From: Octopus sinensis | Taxonomy: Eukaryota | Direction of reading: 5' to 3' | Assembly: GCF_006345805.1 (NCBI RefSeq) | Contig: NC_043001.1 | Coordinates: forward strand, 116,622,001-116,686,000 | Length of the DNA: 64,000 nucleotides | In this document: positions 62,188 through 64,000 of the stretch, one piece after another | How the letters are laid out: each line of letters starts with the position of its first letter | Numbering within the stretch: position 1 is the first letter of the stretch | Position numbers and translations under genes: made by a program | The notes under the pieces: generated by a model | What the model was told of the DNA's origin: nothing | The model's database searches: none | The model's input: only the letters and a program-made list of their open reading frames with translations

Positions 62188-62472
62188 GGAGGCGCAATGT
62201 CCCAGTAGTTAGGGCAACTGACTCGCGGTCGTAGGATCGCGGTTTCGATTCCCAGACCGGGCGTTGTGTGTATTTATTGAGCGAAAACACCTAACAGCTC
62301 CACGAGGCTCCGGCAGGGGGTGGTGATCCCTGCTGTACTCTTTCTCTCACTCTTTCTTCAGTTGGCCTGCTCGCTTAGCCAGCGGGATGGCGTCATTCGA
62401 AGGCTAAAACAATGCGAACGCATTGTGACCAGCGATGTGTAGCAACATCTGATGGTCTGGTCGGTCACGTGA
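62188..62472 (+). mobile_element. Family C SINE
   Basis: Same head and tail as 2951 and 33667; sits in (AT)n. Confidence 0.9.
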
Positions 62473-62755
62473 TATATATATATATGGTGTGTTGTGAATT
62501 TGTGGAAAGGAATCCCATAAAGCTCAACAATTTTGTTTAAAATGGCGAAGAGAAGGTGTTAAAATATATAAGAGAATTATAATTCATGCAGACGATCGTT
62601 TCGTACAGCGAAATAAAAATCATGCAAAATCATGGTTGAATAGAAATAATCAAATTGATTATATATAACTGTATTCTTCAGTGTAAGAAGTATAAACAAA
62701 ATTTTTACAAAGGACTTGAGAAAGGAAATAACAGAATAGGATCTAGGAGATTCAT

Positions 62756-63257
62756 ATTTATCTTTATGAGAAAACAAAGATGTGAGTCCAGTTAGATATT
62801 AACTAAAACTAAAAGCTGTAAGAGTTATTTGAAAATATAAGTAAAAGAGTTTTCAGAGACGTTCCCTCTATAGATGAGTAAGGAGATTAGAAATTCTAAC
62901 TCCAAATAAGTGGCGTAGAGTAAATATTGCATAGAAATGTCCAATGGAAAGTCATGGCTATATTTGAATTAAGATATGAGCTGACTGTTAGAAACAATAC
63001 TAAGTGCGGTGTATATTTAAAAAACTGTCAGGTCATATCTTAATTCAAATATAGCCATGACTTTCCATTGGACATTTCTATACAATCTTTACCCAATGCA
63101 ACTTATTTGGAGTTAGAATTTCTAATCTCCTTACTAATCTACAGAGGGATCGTCTCTGAAAACCTCTCTCACTTATATTTTCGAATAACCATTATAGCCT
63201 TTAGTTTTAGTTAATACCTAACTGGACTCACATCTTCGTTTTCTCATAAGGATAAAT
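62756..63257. repeat. Foldback element: ~234-bp inverted arms, 33-bp spacer
   Basis: Arms 62756-62989 and 63023-63257 are reverse complements with scattered mismatches. Confidence 0.9.
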
Positions 63258-64000
63258 CTAGACATGGCGATTTGTCCCCAACGCAGCCTGATAGAACCTT
63301 TCCTACCTCCGCAGCTGTGATCGGCCCTTCACATCACTCCGCGAGTCATGGCAGACCAGCCAGGAAGTCCGAAGAGTCCATTTCGCTATCAGACCCACCA
63401 CTCGTTCCGAACAGCTGAGCGAAATGATGGTGAAGGACCTTACACATTTTGTCGGGTTCGTTAACTGGGCATCTATTTTGGTCGACCAAATACCGTATGG
63501 TGGTTTTGTTGTCACATTGGGTCTCTACTACGTGGGCCCATCTCGCAGCGTTGGTTCCCTCTTTCTCATAGCATGTGACTTACCTCTGACAATGCAATCT
63601 ACGTGCTTGGTATTGAGGCGTTGATCGTGGACCAATCTCACTGCCAGCACGTTAGAAGCAATGCCAAATTTTAGTGACTCTTCTAGGGCTAAATCCCTTT
63701 CTATTCTATCTTTTTCTAATGCTAAAACTTTGCTATATCTACGTGACTCAAATTCAAGGGCTCTTTTTAGAGCGTACCACCAGTTATTATTGATGATAGC
63801 TCCTGTTAATACCCTTTTCACTAATTCTCTAATGCGGTCACTGTGGGCTTTGCACGCCAGGAATGACGTGTTTAGCTTCCAGTAACCGGAGCCCTGTCCA
63901 CAGAATGTAAGTCAAGCTTACAGATCACACACTTGTGATCCGTATAGCCGAGTATCTGAAATTGTGGACAACTAACTCTAGATTTATCACCCAACCTAAT
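63245..64000 (-). mobile_element. Tx1/L1-like ORF2 relic (endonuclease end + linker), running off the window
   Basis: YTDHK (APE SDH-like), GYWKLN, CIVRGK, HHHFAQLFG, DKSPCLD; homologous to the 7975 relic. Confidence 0.87.

Overview
AT-rich eukaryotic DNA saturated with repeats and microsatellites. The tRNA-derived SINE families resemble those I recognise from Octopus (coleoid cephalopod); this assignment is inferred, not checked against a database. No intact protein-coding gene can be supported: most tracked ORFs are microsatellite read-throughs or antisense to transposon relics, and only weak candidate host exons were seen. The window holds about 25 SINE copies from at least 5 families, four Tx1/L1-like relics, a ~1.75-kb Hero-like RLE LINE, two Penelope-like relics, RTE and Jockey/CR1-like fragments, and relics of hAT, Tigger, mariner/Tc1 and Merlin transposases. 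It also has several GG-terminated MITEs with 8-bp target duplications, several long palindromes and a 5'-truncated tRNA-Glu(TTC). The most interesting observations are: (1) a tRNA-headed SINE whose tail folds as a minimal type I hammerhead ribozyme, plus a second hammerhead-like motif of the same architecture; (2) a Merlin transposase relic accompanied by several distinct Merlin-type non-autonomous elements; (3) a spacing-conserved, promoter-like 5' module shared by two divergent Tx1 elements. All alignments and translations were done by eye, so coordinates of decayed elements are approximate.
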